Shown here: piece after piece, positions 13,801 through 25,440 of the stretch
How the letters are laid out: each line of letters opens with the position of its first letter
Numbering within the stretch: position 1 is the stretch's first letter
DNA from: Pecten maximus
Taxonomy: Eukaryota
Direction of reading: 5' to 3'
Length of the DNA stretch: 64,000 nt
Assembly: GCF_902652985.1 (NCBI RefSeq)
Contig: NC_047028.1
Span: forward strand, 28,582,001-28,646,000
Notes under the pieces: generated by a model
Databases searched by the model: none
Told to the model about the DNA's origin: nothing
What the model saw: only the letters and a program-made list of their open reading frames with translations
Translations under genes and position numbers: made by a program

Positions 13801-16800
13801 ATGAAAATACTTATACCATATCTGGACTGTTCTACTATTAATTCTACCATGTTTGCTATGCAACGCCAGTTTTGATTGGTTTAAAACCATGTATTATTTT
13901 CCAATAACCCACGCTCGTGCCAATAATACACGGTCGTGAGGCACGGCTGTTACAATTTTATATATCTAATATTCACCCATTCTATAAAAGGTTACTATAG
14001 CCGAGTGGGCTAATGGGTTAGTCTTTCAATATATTTTTATCACGACGCGAGTTCGAATCCTACGGAGGCCCCCCTTTTTTTTTCTTTTTTTTTTCTTCTT
14101 TTTTATCCTTTTTTTTAATTTTCAAAATCAATGCCATATGATTGATGCTTTTGATCGTAGTACTGTATTGTATATTTCATCAACAAATAATGCAATACTC
14201 AAGAAATAAATTACAAGGTTTTCTCGGGGTTTCTTTGCTGTTTTTCTATTAGAAAGAGGTCGATCTCAGAACTAAACAGTACATGGTAGAATAGAAATAA
14301 TCAACTTTGACTCGTGTATTGTTGCAGGATATACAACGAGGACGAGGATATTTTGCAATTTCAATTAATAACTCAGGCCTGCGGCCTTCGTTATTTATTT
14401 AATTGCAAAATATCCTCGTCCTCGTTGTATATCCTGCAACAATACACGAATCATCGTTAATTATTTCTTATGTATAGATATGCCATAGATATATATTTTT
14501 TCTGTAGAAAAAAAAAATGGAATTATGTATGGATTACATTTACATTTTCACGAATATATACTTTTGTAATGAATAGAATCTTACACTCTTAACGATGTCA
14601 TATTGAATTTATTAAACATGTCCAGTAATTTTATATTACACTGGCATAAACAGTTGTGATCTATCAAATTATTGAACTTGTTTGATAAATTCCATATAAC
14701 ATGATCACTAGTTTAAGATTCTATTGATCATTTAATGTAGGAGAAAACAAATTCTTTATGGAAAATTCACTCAAGATCCAATATATAATTTGATAGGCAA
14801 ATGTGTTTTACATTTTTAAACTTCGTTTTTAGGAACTAACAGCCAGGCATGAGGAGAAGAAGCAGGCTTACGACACAGCTTCAGCAGGGATGGAGAGTAA
14901 CATGTCCAAACTTGAACAGGTCAGTATGTCCAGTGGATCATTTCTATTTCTAGTCCAACTAGGGGGCAGCGGTGGCCGAGTGGTTAAGGTGTCCCAACAC
15001 TTTATCACTAGCCCTCCACCTCTGGGTTGCGAGTTCGAAACCTATATGGGGCAGTTGCCAAGTACTGACTGTAGGCCGGTGGTTTTTCTCCGGGTACTCC
15101 GGCTTTCCTCCACCTCCAAAACCTGGCACATCCTTAAATGACCCTGGCTGTTAATAGGACGTTAAACAAAAACAAACCAAATCTAGTCCAACATCGTCAG
15201 ATGTTCGGCATTTAAAATTGCCCTCTGTTGGTGGTTTATCCATAGATACCTCATTTTCTCGAAAAAATCTAGGTAGCTTTTTTCTCAAATTACATCTTAT
15301 TTTTAGGCTAGTAACTTGACAAAGGTACATATTCAATGTTAAGACTATTTCGTGAAACATAATAGCCAACAAATGGTCGTTTAGAATCTGATATTTGTGT
15401 ATTTAGAGCTTGTTATCACTAAATCTCAAAAAGTACTCTACACCAATTTCATGTGGAGGTTTCCATTGGTGGTAAGTTTTACATGTTCAAATTTGGAACT
15501 GATTGCATAATAGTCCAATATTTGTATACTATTATATATCTGTTTGTGTATTTTATGTATTCTGATAAAATCCTGCAAATACCAACTGGTATTGTGTTTG
15601 TAAGTACAGTTCATTGTCAATAGAAGTGTAACTGTCATTTTTTTTTTTTTTTTGGTCATGACATTCATATTGATGTATACTTCCACTGAGTAGTCTGTAA
15701 TGTTTGACCTATTTACAGGAAGTATGTGCCTAGTCTGTAATGTTTGACCTATTTACAGGAAGTATGTGTCTAGTCTGTAATGTTTGACCTATTTACAGGA
15801 AGTATGTGCCTAGTCTGTAATGATTGACCTATTTATAGGAAGTACGTGCCTAGTCTGTAATGTTTGACCTATTTACAGGAAGTATGTGCCTAGTCTGTAA
15901 TATTTGACCTATTTACAGGAAATACGTGTCTAGTCTGTAATGTTTGACCTATTTACAGGAAGTACGTGCCTAGTCTGTAATGTTTGACCTATTTATAGGA
16001 AGTACTTGCCTAGTCTGTAAATGTTTGACCTATTTACAAGAAGTATGTGCCTAGTCTGTAATGTTTGACCTATTTACAGGAAGTATGTGCCTAGTCTGTA
16101 ATGTTTGACCTATTTACAGGAAGTATATGTGCCTTGTCTGTAATGTTTGACCTATTTACAGGAAGTATATGTGTCTAGTCTGTAATGATTGACCTATTTA
16201 CAGGAAGTACGTGCCTAGTCTGTAATGTTTGACCTATTTACAGGAAGTATATGTGTCTAGTCTGTAATGATTGACCTATTTACAGGAAGTATGTGCCTAG
16301 TCTGTAATGTTTGACCTATTTATAGGAAGTACTTGCCTAGTCTGTAATGTTTGACCTATTTACAGGAAGTATGTGCCTTGTCTGTAATGTTTGACCTATT
16401 TACAGGAAGTACGTGTCTAGTCTGTAATGTTTGACCTATTTACAGGAAGTACGTGCCTAGACTGTAATGATTGACCTATTTACAGGAAGTATGTGCCTAG
16501 TCTGTAATGTTTGACCTATTAACAGGAAGTACGTGCCTACCGAGAAGAGGTCACTCAGGACGAGGGTAGATACCACTACCTAAACTGTATGATCAACATG
16601 TTGGAAATCCAGCAACAGAAAGTGGCAGACGAAATGAAGACCTATACATCCTCAGACCCCTATGCCAGGAAAAAGACATTCAGGTACTGCCTCAAGTTTA
16701 ATCCTTTGATGACCTTTTAACCCCCACCCCCCATCCCCACCCTTCCTTTCCTTTATTTTGTGGGGAATATAGTGTTACTGATGCCTATTTTCCCCTCAAT

Positions 16801-17812
16801 AGATTTCATTCATATTGAATCAATTATATCATAGGTTCTCTACCTGATCACATTCTGGTGGACATTGCATGGTCATGGTGAAAGGTTCAAGATGACCTTC
16901 GACACCTGCTTGGGATTAATTGTTGAATAGGAGCTAGGGCATTTCATTTTTCGTGAATCGAACCAAATTATCTCGCTTGGAAGTTCAGCTATTAAAATTT
17001 GAGTTCAAGATAACACAATGAAATTGATGTAGCATGGTTACAATAATTTAATTATTCATGATACATGTACACAACTGTCTTTGATAAAATGGAACTTCTT
17101 AATACTTGCCTATATGTATTAGCTGGAATATTGTTATTTGTGATCTTAATCAACTTTAAAATTCACGAACATTAAATCTTCAAGCCAGATATGAGCTTCA
17201 TGAATAGGTGAGCGGTACAGCATCAATTGGGCCTCTTGTTTTAAAGATTTCTTTCGTGCAATGCATTACAGTACACAGGCAATATTCCTTCAGGTTAAAT
17301 TCACATGAGATTTTTTCACGTGAATCTCACATGAAATTCACATGAAATTTTTTTCCTGTGAAGTTCACATGAATCTTTTTATCACATGAAATTCACATGA
17401 AAAATTTCATGTGAAATTCACATGAAAAAAAATCATGTGGAATTTCATGTGAATTTCATGTGAAGGAATATTGCCTGTGTATACCATGAAAAGCCTATCA
17501 TTGTAGGAATACTGCTGACAGCTTAAATTGTTCTTTCATGCTGATTTAACTGTTTTAAATTACAGAGATATATTCCAAAGAAAGATTCAAGAACAAGAAA
17601 ATCTAGGGAAGGGATTGAGAGAACAACAAAAAACTGTAAGAGAGAGCCAGGGTCCAAGCATGCGACAGATGAAGATGTGGAAAGATGTTCAGCGGCTAAT
17701 GGAATGTAAACTACGATGTTACGACCAGACAGGAGGCATTGCTGGCTCCACTGGTATGGGATACGGTGAGGCTCCACCGGCCATGCTTGAGGAAGATAGG
17801 CTTGTGATGTAA
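3042..17812 (+). CDS. IFT81: Intraflagellar transport protein 81, spliced CDS of about 680 aa: 3042-3185, 4630-4721, 6046-6051, 8746-8926, 9731-9886, 10227-10586, 11048-11143, 11550-11696, 12428-12577, 13580-13798, 14833-14919, 16526-16683, 17566-17812
   Basis: All introns are GT-AG with compatible phases, and the exons sum to 2043 nt. The N-terminus [29 protein letters not shown], internal [12 protein letters not shown] and [32 protein letters not shown], and C-terminal EEDRLVM match recalled vertebrate IFT81 (CH-like domain plus long coiled coil). Confidence 0.96.
4630..4721 (+). CDS. IFT81: IFT81 coding exon 2
   Basis: ttcag|CAA; [31 protein letters not shown]; GA|gtaagt, phase 2. Confidence 0.93.
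4854..4886 (+). repeat. Poly-G tract (about 33 nt)
   Basis: Homopolymer run in an IFT81 intron. Confidence 0.9.
6046..6051 (+). CDS. IFT81: IFT81 6-nt microexon (AGATGT)
   Basis: ttgcag|AGATGT|gtaagt. Frame-preserving; gives KPPTEDVSAFRSG, which aligns with recalled vertebrate ATDMSTFRQG. Confidence 0.75.
6991..7023 (+). CDS. IFT81: Candidate 33-nt alternative cassette exon of IFT81 (adds [11 protein letters not shown])
   Basis: cattaag|ACACC...TTACG|gtaagt; length is a multiple of 3 and it is stop-free in the required phase-2 frame. Confidence 0.45.
7555..8050. repeat. Degenerate AGACACATGT-type low-complexity repeat
   Basis: Repeated gacacatg/atgta words; source of the spurious Cys/Val/Met-rich ORFs. 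Confidence 0.85.
8746..8926 (+). CDS. IFT81: IFT81 coding exon
   Basis: [60 protein letters not shown]; long polypyrimidine tract upstream; CAG|gtaaat. Confidence 0.93.
9153..9570. mobile_element. Non-autonomous DNA element with a ~170-bp subterminal hairpin (possibly Crypton-like)
   Basis: Imperfect inverted repeat 9153-9322 centred on gtgcgcagcac; a diverged second copy lies at about 31799-32145. Confidence 0.65.
9731..9886 (+). CDS. IFT81: IFT81 coding exon
   Basis: tttag|TAT; [13 protein letters not shown]...RIERLKRK; AAG|gtttgt. Confidence 0.93.
10227..10586 (+). CDS. IFT81: IFT81 coding exon
   Basis: cgtag|GTG; VESHPNSQ...[15 protein letters not shown]; CAG|gtatgt. Confidence 0.93.
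11048..11143 (+). CDS. IFT81: IFT81 coding exon
   Basis: accag|ATT; [32 protein letters not shown]; CAG|gtatcg. Confidence 0.92.
11550..11696 (+). CDS. IFT81: IFT81 coding exon
   Basis: aacag|GCA; [11 protein letters not shown]...EVLKGED; GAT|gtaagt. Confidence 0.92.
11702..11887 (+). repeat. 93-bp tandem duplication (2 copies) directly after an IFT81 donor site
   Basis: ttcaaatcaaatcc...ttttgggtac at 11702 and 11795, near-identical. Confidence 0.9.
12428..12577 (+). CDS. IFT81: IFT81 coding exon
   Basis: tttcag|TTC; [13 protein letters not shown]...NINQQL; CTG|gttagt. Confidence 0.93.
13580..13798 (+). CDS. IFT81: IFT81 coding exon
   Basis: ttacag|GAA; [12 protein letters not shown]...[16 protein letters not shown]; CAG|gtatga. 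Confidence 0.93.
13835..14470. mobile_element. Non-autonomous hairpin DNA element carrying an internal tRNA-like segment
   Basis: Perfect 49-bp inverted arms at 14312-14360 and 14401-14449; internal IR attctaccatgt/acatggtagaat; A-box/B-box-like tagccgagtgg...gagttcgaatcc at about 13998-14062. Confidence 0.6.
14833..14919 (+). CDS. IFT81: IFT81 coding exon
   Basis: ttttag|GAA; [29 protein letters not shown]; CAG|gtcagt. Confidence 0.92.
14960..15181 (+). mobile_element. tRNA-derived SINE with V-type central domain, full length
   Basis: A box TGGCCGAGTGG, B box GAGTTCGAAAC, TTCTCCGGGTACTCCGGCTTTCCTCCAC core, (AAAC)n tail; 11-bp TSD TCTAGTCCAAC at 14949 and 15182. Confidence 0.88.
15691..16539 (+). 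repeat. 40-bp minisatellite, 21 units, built from the IFT81 intron/exon junction
   Basis: Unit TAGTCTGTAATGTTTGACCTATTTACAG|GAAGTAYGTGCC; the last unit is the real acceptor plus the first 12 nt of the exon. Confidence 0.95.
16526..16683 (+). CDS. IFT81: IFT81 coding exon (acceptor lies in the last unit of a 40-bp array)
   Basis: attaacag|GAA; [22 protein letters not shown]...ARKKTFR; AG|gtactg, phase 2. Confidence 0.9.
17274..17479. mobile_element. Foldback MITE
   Basis: TIRs CACAGGCAATATTCCTTCA / TGAAGGAATATTGCCTGTG flanked by TA; interior made of TTCACATGAA repeats in both orientations. Confidence 0.8.
17566..17812 (+). CDS. IFT81: IFT81 last coding exon
   Basis: ttacag|A GAT; [22 protein letters not shown]...MECKL...EEDRLVM TAA. 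Confidence 0.93.
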
Positions 17813-18007
17813 AATGGACTATGGTATCATAATTAATTTAAAGTTAGCCATCATATATTTTCATATTAGATAATGAAATATGGAGTTTATTAATTTCATT
17901 GTGAAAATATGCAAGATACTTTTCTGTACATTGAACTTGTAATGATGAATGATATGTTTGACTTCTTCAGTTACATTCCTGGAACATTTCGTCAATTATT
18001 CCGTCCA

Positions 18008-18013
18008 AATAAA
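18008..18013 (+). terminator. Probable IFT81 polyadenylation signal AATAAA
   Basis: First AATAAA, about 200 nt after the stop, followed by GT/T-rich sequence. Confidence 0.5.
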
Positions 18014-18345
18014 CTGTTGGTATGATTTTCAGTGTTTTTGATATTTTAGCTTACGAGAGATGGTGTTTTGTTTTGTGTTAAATCAGTTTTCATACATGAC
18101 CAGTGCATCCGTTCTTGAACATAATTAATAATATTTTACATATATAATAACTATTTATGATTTATCAAATGTTGATTAAATTGGAAAATTGAGATTCTCA
18201 CTTTATTAGATATCCATGTTGATATATTGACACTGTCTGTAAATGATAGGGGAGGCATTGTTTTCGAAAAAGGGTGATGTTAGGTTGAATAAATATTCTC
18301 CCTTGTGCTCTATTGTTTTTTATATAAAGTATAATTTAATACATT

Positions 18346-19335
18346 TGTACTTACCATATCACTACCTGTTCTTACCATATCGCTACCTGTACCATATCAC
18401 TTCCTGTACTTACCATTTCGCTACCTGTACTTACCATATCACTACCTGTACTTACCATATTGCTACCTGTACTTACCATATCACTACCTGTACTTACCAT
18501 TTCGCTACCTGTACTTACCATATTGCTACCTGTACTTACCATATCGCTACCTGTACTTACCATATCGCTACCTGTTCTTACCATATCGCTTCCTGTACTT
18601 ACCATTTTGCTACCTGTACTTACCATATCGCTGCTTGTACTTACCTAATGTTACCTGTACTTACCATATGGCTACCTGTACTTACCATATGGCTACCTGT
18701 ACTTACCATATCGCTACTTGTACTTACCATTTCGTTACTTGTACTTACCAAATCGCTACCTGTACTTACCATATGGCTACTTGTACTTACCATTTCGTTA
18801 CTTGTACTTACCATATCGCTACCTGTACTTACCATATGGCTACCTGTACTTACCATATGGCTACTTGTACTTACCATTTCGCTACCTGTACTTACCAAAT
18901 GGCTACCTGTACTTACCATATGGCTACCTGTACTTACCATATAGCTATTTGTACTTACCATATGGCTACCTGTACTTACCATATAGCTACCTGTACTTAC
19001 CATATAGTTACCTGTACTTACCATATCGCTACCTGTACTTACCATATGGCTACCTGTACTTACCATATCGCTACTTGTACTTACCATTTCGTTACTTGTA
19101 CTTACCATATAGCTACCTGTACTTACCATATAGTTACATGTACTTACCATATAGCTATTTGTCCTTACCATATATCTACCTGTACTTACCATATCGCTAC
19201 CTGTACTTACCATTTCGCTACCTGTACTTACCATATCGCTACCTGTACTTACCATATCGCTACCTGTACTTACCACATCGCTACCTGTACTTACAATACT
19301 GCTACCTGTACTTATCATATCGCTACTTGTACTAA
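18346..19335 (+). repeat. 21-bp minisatellite (about 47 units, TACTTACCATATCGCTACCTG); outer end of the left inverted arm
   Basis: Direct reading; produces the periodic TCTYHIA / MVSTGSD ORFs. Confidence 0.95.
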
Positions 19336-19789
19336 CTATATCGGCGTTTCACACTTTAGATAATATATGTTGCCTATATCGACATTAGCGTAGTCTTAAT
19401 CAGACAGATCATAATATTGGGGAAACTATACCAAGGAACTTTACAGGGCTTAGGTTTAACAACACTGAACGAAAGAATACCGGTGTGATAAAATCTGAGA
19501 AAGAAGACCTAGAATCCATTTCACATAATATAGATGCATTCATAACCCATTACCAACGCACAGTTCAGAAGACAACACAATGATCATGGCGAGATCCACC
19601 CACAGTACTGATAAATCTACTTTGCTTCGAAAAACACGTTTGACAGCAGTGTTTAAGGGCCTGAATACCAATTTTATAGAACTCTTTTTCTTGGCTGTTC
19701 AAACAGTCATCCACTGCATGTTATAGGGTTGGGTAAGGGCCAGGGTGCCTGAAATAGCTGTTTTCAGGTCTGGAAATGAATTAAGATCG

Positions 19790-20183
19790 AATATTGGACC
19801 ATCCGTCTTCAAATTTTCTGATACATTTTTAACATATGAATGTATCGATGGAAAACCATCGCACTGGCGACTGGCACTAACTTTCTCAATCTACTTCTCA
19901 CAGTTTTGGGGTGAATCCGACGGTTTGCGTTACCAAAGGTATTGCGTGCCGTTTATTTCCTGTCACGCAAATAGGCAAGCGTTATAAACTGGTCTTGACA
20001 TCGCGAAGTTACATGTCCGGATTTCGGTCTGTAATCAACTCTTCTCGTGATGTTGAGAGGTATAACTAACTGGTCTATAGTCGATATGTGAACTCCGAAG
20101 TAAGTGATGACCTGTTGTTGAGTGCTGCCGCCCAGGAGCATTGCGAGAACACGTCCTCTAGCAACTTGGGATAGCCGTAGCAA
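19790..20183 (-). pseudogene. Degraded Tc1-family transposase N-terminus (HTH); inverted copy at about 34390-34780
   Basis: LRLSQVARGRVLAMLLGGSTQQQVITYFGVHISTIDQL...VDYRPKSGHVTSRCQDQFITLAYLRDR resembles the recalled Tc1 MPRL...FGVH.STI.RL...DRPRSGRP.VT...QDR motif. Confidence 0.7.
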
Positions 20184-21814
20184 ATTAAAACAATTTTAAA
20201 CTTCAAATATAATTCGATCATGCATTGCCAAAAACTGACGAAGAGACGACTGTGGAGGCTTATTTGCACATTTACATTAGGGGGGTTGAGAAACTTGACG
20301 ACATATTTTTCAAAGGAAAAAGCTCAAAAGAGTGGTTAGGGGGTGTTAAGGTTGTGACGATGCTCACAACAGTGAATGAAATTAACGATATGACGCAAGA
20401 TTGCCTTTTCGTACTTTAACAAATGGAAAACAGAAAGTGTTTGAATGGATTATGGCTTTATTTTTCGAATACATGAACAGATAAAAGTATGAATCATGTC
20501 TGTTTCCAGGAAACACTCGAATCTTAAAAGCGATAAATGTAAAAAAAAAATAGAACTTAAAAGATAATATATGTAATGTGAATCTTATTTGTTTCGCGGG
20601 TTTGTGTGAACATCACCAAAGGAGAAAAACCACAGAAATAAAGCACAGGATAATCTTTTATACCAAAATAGTCCACCACACAAGAGGTCTTACCAAATAT
20701 AGATAAATATATCGATATATATGAACCATATCAAGAAAAACGTGAAGTTCATTTTCACATGGTTTTAATTGAAAATAAAGTGAAATATGTTTATCATGAT
20801 TTCATCTAAAATGTTTTTTATTTTGTTTCTGTGGATGAGTGATTCCATTATATTTACCAGGATCGGCTCTGAAATTCATCAGGCTCAACGATGTATATAT
20901 GTATTGCTCCCGCTCGGTGGTCTTTATTATGAGTATGAATGCAATGTGAGTGGCTGATGACAATAATCTATCAACTAGAGAGTATTCCTTTTGACAATAA
21001 AAGTTACGACACCCATTAAAGAGCTATACTTGCATTTAATAAATCGTTTTGATTATCAAGTTTTTCTAGTATGGCGTTTTACAAAATTGTCTCTAGGAAT
21101 GTGTTAATATAAATGATAATATGCAGAAAACGAGAAGAAGAAAAACAACAACTTTATAGCGTTTATACAGTTCAACGTGACGTCATAAGGTGATTACGTA
21201 ATCCAAGCAAAAACAGTTTCGAACAATATAAATAGGTTAAAAGTAAATTATATTGCTAATAATATAGTCGGTTTGGTGTTAGATTAGATCGGGAACGTAA
21301 AAATGTCGTTAGGTCTTGGTTATTTAACTAAATACCGATACCAATCTATTAGCCCGAGTTTCCTCTGGCCCTGACACCATGTCTGTGATCTAGATATCCC
21401 TCAATTATTACCACTTTCACAAATTACTCCTACTGTATCTTTTCCTCAGCCAACAGAGATACTAAATGAAAACACAACATTGTCCAATTGAGGCTTATTA
21501 ATCAAATACGAAGCTACTATAGTGCTGTACATATGAAAAAAGAAACCTATGGTCTAAATAAACATGTAGTATAAAACCTACACTTTGAAGATAGTATTAC
21601 ACTACACGATATATACAGCATTGGGAGTATATCACAAAAACAATCCGGAAGGAATTTGTTAATTTCCACATGTGATGCACATCGATGTAAATATGATACA
21701 AACATGATACTCATTCCTTAGTGTTGATTCTTTATATCAACATATACCGAATGATAACACTATCAGTAAAGTCTGAAAACATCGTTTCACGTGCTGATTT
21801 TCCACACATTACAT

Positions 21815-22270
21815 CAGCATTGATATAAATGTAATACAAACATGATACACATTGATGTAAATGTTATAAAAGCATGATACACATTGATATAAATGTATTA
21901 CAACACGATACACATTGATTTAAATGTATTACAACATGATACGCATTGATTTAAATGTAATGCAAACATGATACACATTGATATAGATGTTATACAAACA
22001 TGATACAATTTGATGTAAATGTTATAAAAGCATGATGCACATTGATTTCAATGTATTACAACACAATACACATTGATTTAAATGTATTACAACATGATAC
22101 GCATTGATTTAAATGTAATACAAACATGATACACATTGATATAAATGTAATACAAACATGATACAATTTGATGTAAATGTTATAAAAGCATGATGCACAT
22201 TGATATAAATGTAATAAGATATATGATAAACATTGATATAAATGTTACACAAACACGATACACATTGATA
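21815..22270 (+). repeat. 31-32-bp minisatellite (CATGATACACATTGATATAAATGTAATACAAA), about 14 units
   Basis: Direct reading; the counterpart in the right arm (about 32640-32800) has only about 5 units. Confidence 0.85.
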
Positions 22271-22743
22271 TGAAATTTAAAAAGCATGCTACTCTTTGAT
22301 TTAGTATACATAATATACAAAAACAAAACAAGATAAACATCAAACTGTCATCCTTACCTATCATTCCATATAGGTACCCACCACGAAAACATTCTTTTGT
22401 CGAGCAACTATTGTTTTTACGTCCGTATGATAAACGAGACACGGTTTTTACTATACATAATATATATCAAATACGAAAATTTACATATAAATCACAACTT
22501 ACTTCACCAGAATTATAACCGTCACCAAAAACGCTCTTGTGGAAAGCCAAATACAGAATTGCAATGCGTCGAGATTTGTTCGCATACAATAACTGTTGTC
22601 AAATGTCTTTAAATTAACATTGTATTGAAAACGTGCCAAGTATACTGCAGAACATACAATACCCACTTATTATACCTTATATCAGTTGGATTTGAACCGA
22701 ACAAAAACAAAGCTGAAAAAGAAACCCTCATATTAGCCAAGAA

Positions 22744-23243
22744 NNNNNNNNNNNNNNNNNNNNNNNNNNNNNNNNNNNNNNNNNNNNNNNNNNNNNNNNN
22801 NNNNNNNNNNNNNNNNNNNNNNNNNNNNNNNNNNNNNNNNNNNNNNNNNNNNNNNNNNNNNNNNNNNNNNNNNNNNNNNNNNNNNNNNNNNNNNNNNNNN
22901 NNNNNNNNNNNNNNNNNNNNNNNNNNNNNNNNNNNNNNNNNNNNNNNNNNNNNNNNNNNNNNNNNNNNNNNNNNNNNNNNNNNNNNNNNNNNNNNNNNNN
23001 NNNNNNNNNNNNNNNNNNNNNNNNNNNNNNNNNNNNNNNNNNNNNNNNNNNNNNNNNNNNNNNNNNNNNNNNNNNNNNNNNNNNNNNNNNNNNNNNNNNN
23101 NNNNNNNNNNNNNNNNNNNNNNNNNNNNNNNNNNNNNNNNNNNNNNNNNNNNNNNNNNNNNNNNNNNNNNNNNNNNNNNNNNNNNNNNNNNNNNNNNNNN
23201 NNNNNNNNNNNNNNNNNNNNNNNNNNNNNNNNNNNNNNNNNNN
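22744..23243. other. Assembly gap (500 N)
   Basis: N run of round length; true size unknown. Confidence 1.
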
Positions 23244-23689
23244 TTCAAGTAATGACATTATCAACATTATAACACACGACACACATGTGATCCATGCCAT
23301 GTTTTGTTGATAAATAAATGATTACAAGCACTGAGCTATCATTCCCTATCCAGCGGTAGGCTGTAAACAAACGAGCTTGATGCAGTTGGAAGGATTATAG
23401 TCTATTTCAAATGAATTTACCTGTGTACAGTTGTGGTTTACATTAGTCTTACAAATACATCGGTGTCTTTGTTCTTCAAACCGAGGGGAAACACATACTT
23501 GCGCATACAGGTGTACAATGTATATACGTATATATATTATACCTACCGACTTTGAATATTCACTCTACAAAAAAATGATTTATTGATATTTGTACTTTAC
23601 AAATGTATACCTGTATAGGTCCATGCAGATTATTGATTTAATTCCAGATGGACTCAAATTTAAAACAGTTAAGGTATGATTGTAATATT

Positions 23690-23856
23690 ATATTTAAAGA
23701 CGTGCCAAGTTTTGAAGATGGCGGAACGCCGGAGTACTCAGAGAAAAACCACCGGCATACGGTCAGTACCGGGGAACTGCTAAACGCTGGTTTCTAACTC
23801 GCAACCCAGAAATGGAGGGTTATTAATAAAGTGTCTTGACACCTGATACCCGGCCT
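23690..23856 (-). mobile_element. Degraded copy of the V-type SINE family seen at 14960
   Basis: gccggagtactcagagaaaaaccaccggcatacggtcagtac...actcgcaacccaga is the reverse complement of the 14960 SINE body. Confidence 0.75.
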
Positions 23857-25440
23857 TAGATTGCTGATATAAAGGGCTACTAACGTTGTTCAAATGTGTG
23901 ACTTTCATCTACATTCAAGGTCACAAGGGTCAAATGTACTCCCAATGACCAAGACGCCAGGAGATCTGATATTGGGCCAGTATGTTTTGATAAAGGGCTA
24001 CAAAACTTATCTAAATGTCAACCTAACCCATATACTCTTATGAAGTGAAAAGTGGTAATGAACTTAGCATCCACGTGAATTACCAAGATCAGCTTCATGG
24101 CTACATTAGAATTAAGTGGAAATATAAGCCCGTTTGGGCTTCTAGTTTAATATTTGCACATTACCTTAACTACTGTTCCTTAGATTGCTCTCAGACGTTA
24201 TCCAGTAGTTTCTTGATAAAAGGGCTTGAATTAACTAGCTTAGTTGAATCACAATATCTCGAATTATGTTGTGACGATTACACTTATTTTATCAGGTGAA
24301 ACCTCAGTTCTCAGAGAAAGTGTCTATTTTAGATAACTTATCATGCTCTATGGTCAAAGGTTAAGGTCATGGTTATTTTTAGAACGTAATTGTTAAGGTT
24401 ACAAATTCTAGCCTTTGAGGGATTTATATCAAAGTTTAAGATTAGTACTACTATAAATAATAAACACTTCATGTACAATATTTGGAACTTTGATGGTCGG
24501 TTACCACTCTGATTGTATCCTGTGTAATAAAATGTTTTCTGAAGCCCTTTAAAGCTATTTAGCTTTGGATATGAAGGGTCTATGTTACCCTTACTATAAA
24601 TAGAAAATCTGCATGTGCACTGTATTTCGAATTTCTTTTCTCTGCCCTTGACACTAGTTTGGGGTCAGAGCAAGGGGAAACTTGGGCCACTTATTCCTGT
24701 TGACTGTAAGGCTGATGGAACTCTGACTTTATCCAGTTCAAGAAAGTTCGTGCTTGGGATAACTCTCCTGACCCGAGCGTTAGGTCACTATCACTGTTGC
24801 TATACATATACGCGTAAACAGAATGCATCACCATTCCTTTCCTTATTTTACACTGTATAAAAAGTAGGCAATATAAATTTTATTTGAAACGCATCCTCCA
24901 AAATGTTAACCCGTTTCAAACGTCCTTTTTAGCCCGAATGAGTTATTTCAGTGGCATTTAAACTGATTGGTAAAGCACTCTTCGTATCCCTTCGGGTCGT
25001 CTCTTCCGCCATCTCTTGAATCACAATAAAGTCCGAAAAGCTAATACCAAGACGATTCAGACAAAGTTTGTTTACCATAATCGTTTGAGCGAATGCTACA
25101 GGAAGATGGCTTCGTTTATAGGATTCGATAATTTGGACGAAGAGGCATTGGGGGATTGTTTCTGAAAAAAAAAAAAAAATATTAAAAAATATTTTCCTAA
25201 CACCCATACAAGAACTGTATACTCTATTCCGAGTTTTCTTGGGCGTATTACACTCAGACGTTACCCAGTGCTTTTTATAAAATAAAAATAAAATACCTTG
25301 AGTATGCTTTTATCAAATAAGAAATGATATTCAATTTTTAACTACAAAAAAAACAAAACAAAAAACAAACATGGCCTGCTTTGATTAAATTAAATGGTTT
25401 AAAACTTTTTTATATGCAAAGGTACATCATGCGAAGATGT

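Larger units (their letters stand above)
18346..22743 (+). repeat. Left arm of a ~4.4-kb inverted segmental duplication (pairs with 32189-36626)
   Basis: Colinear reverse-complement match, e.g. 19345~35785, 21100-21370~33290-33560, 22330-22743~32189-32600. The arm runs straight into the N gap. Confidence 0.92.

Noticed and set aside
13998-14070. Possible tRNA gene (also SINE heads at 14963 and about 57880)
   Set aside because: Only A/B-box similarity, no complete cloverleaf, embedded in repeats
15691-16539. CRISPR-like appearance of the regular arrays
   Set aside because: Head-to-tail repeats without unique spacers, no cas genes, eukaryotic intronic context
18243-19363. His/Cys/Tyr-rich TCTYHIA repeat ORFs (also 35769-36638) suggesting a metal-binding or adhesive protein
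   Set aside because: The 21-bp unit is open in several frames on both strands, with no signal peptide, unique domain or splice context
22625-23300. ORFs spanning N runs (also 53827-54490)
   Set aside because: Artefacts of translating gaps
23649-23674. Possible upstream coding exon for the laccase (ATGGACTCA...AAG|gtatga)
   Set aside because: Not in frame with the laccase ATG, either directly or via the 25682-25737 exon; the laccase already has its own signal peptide
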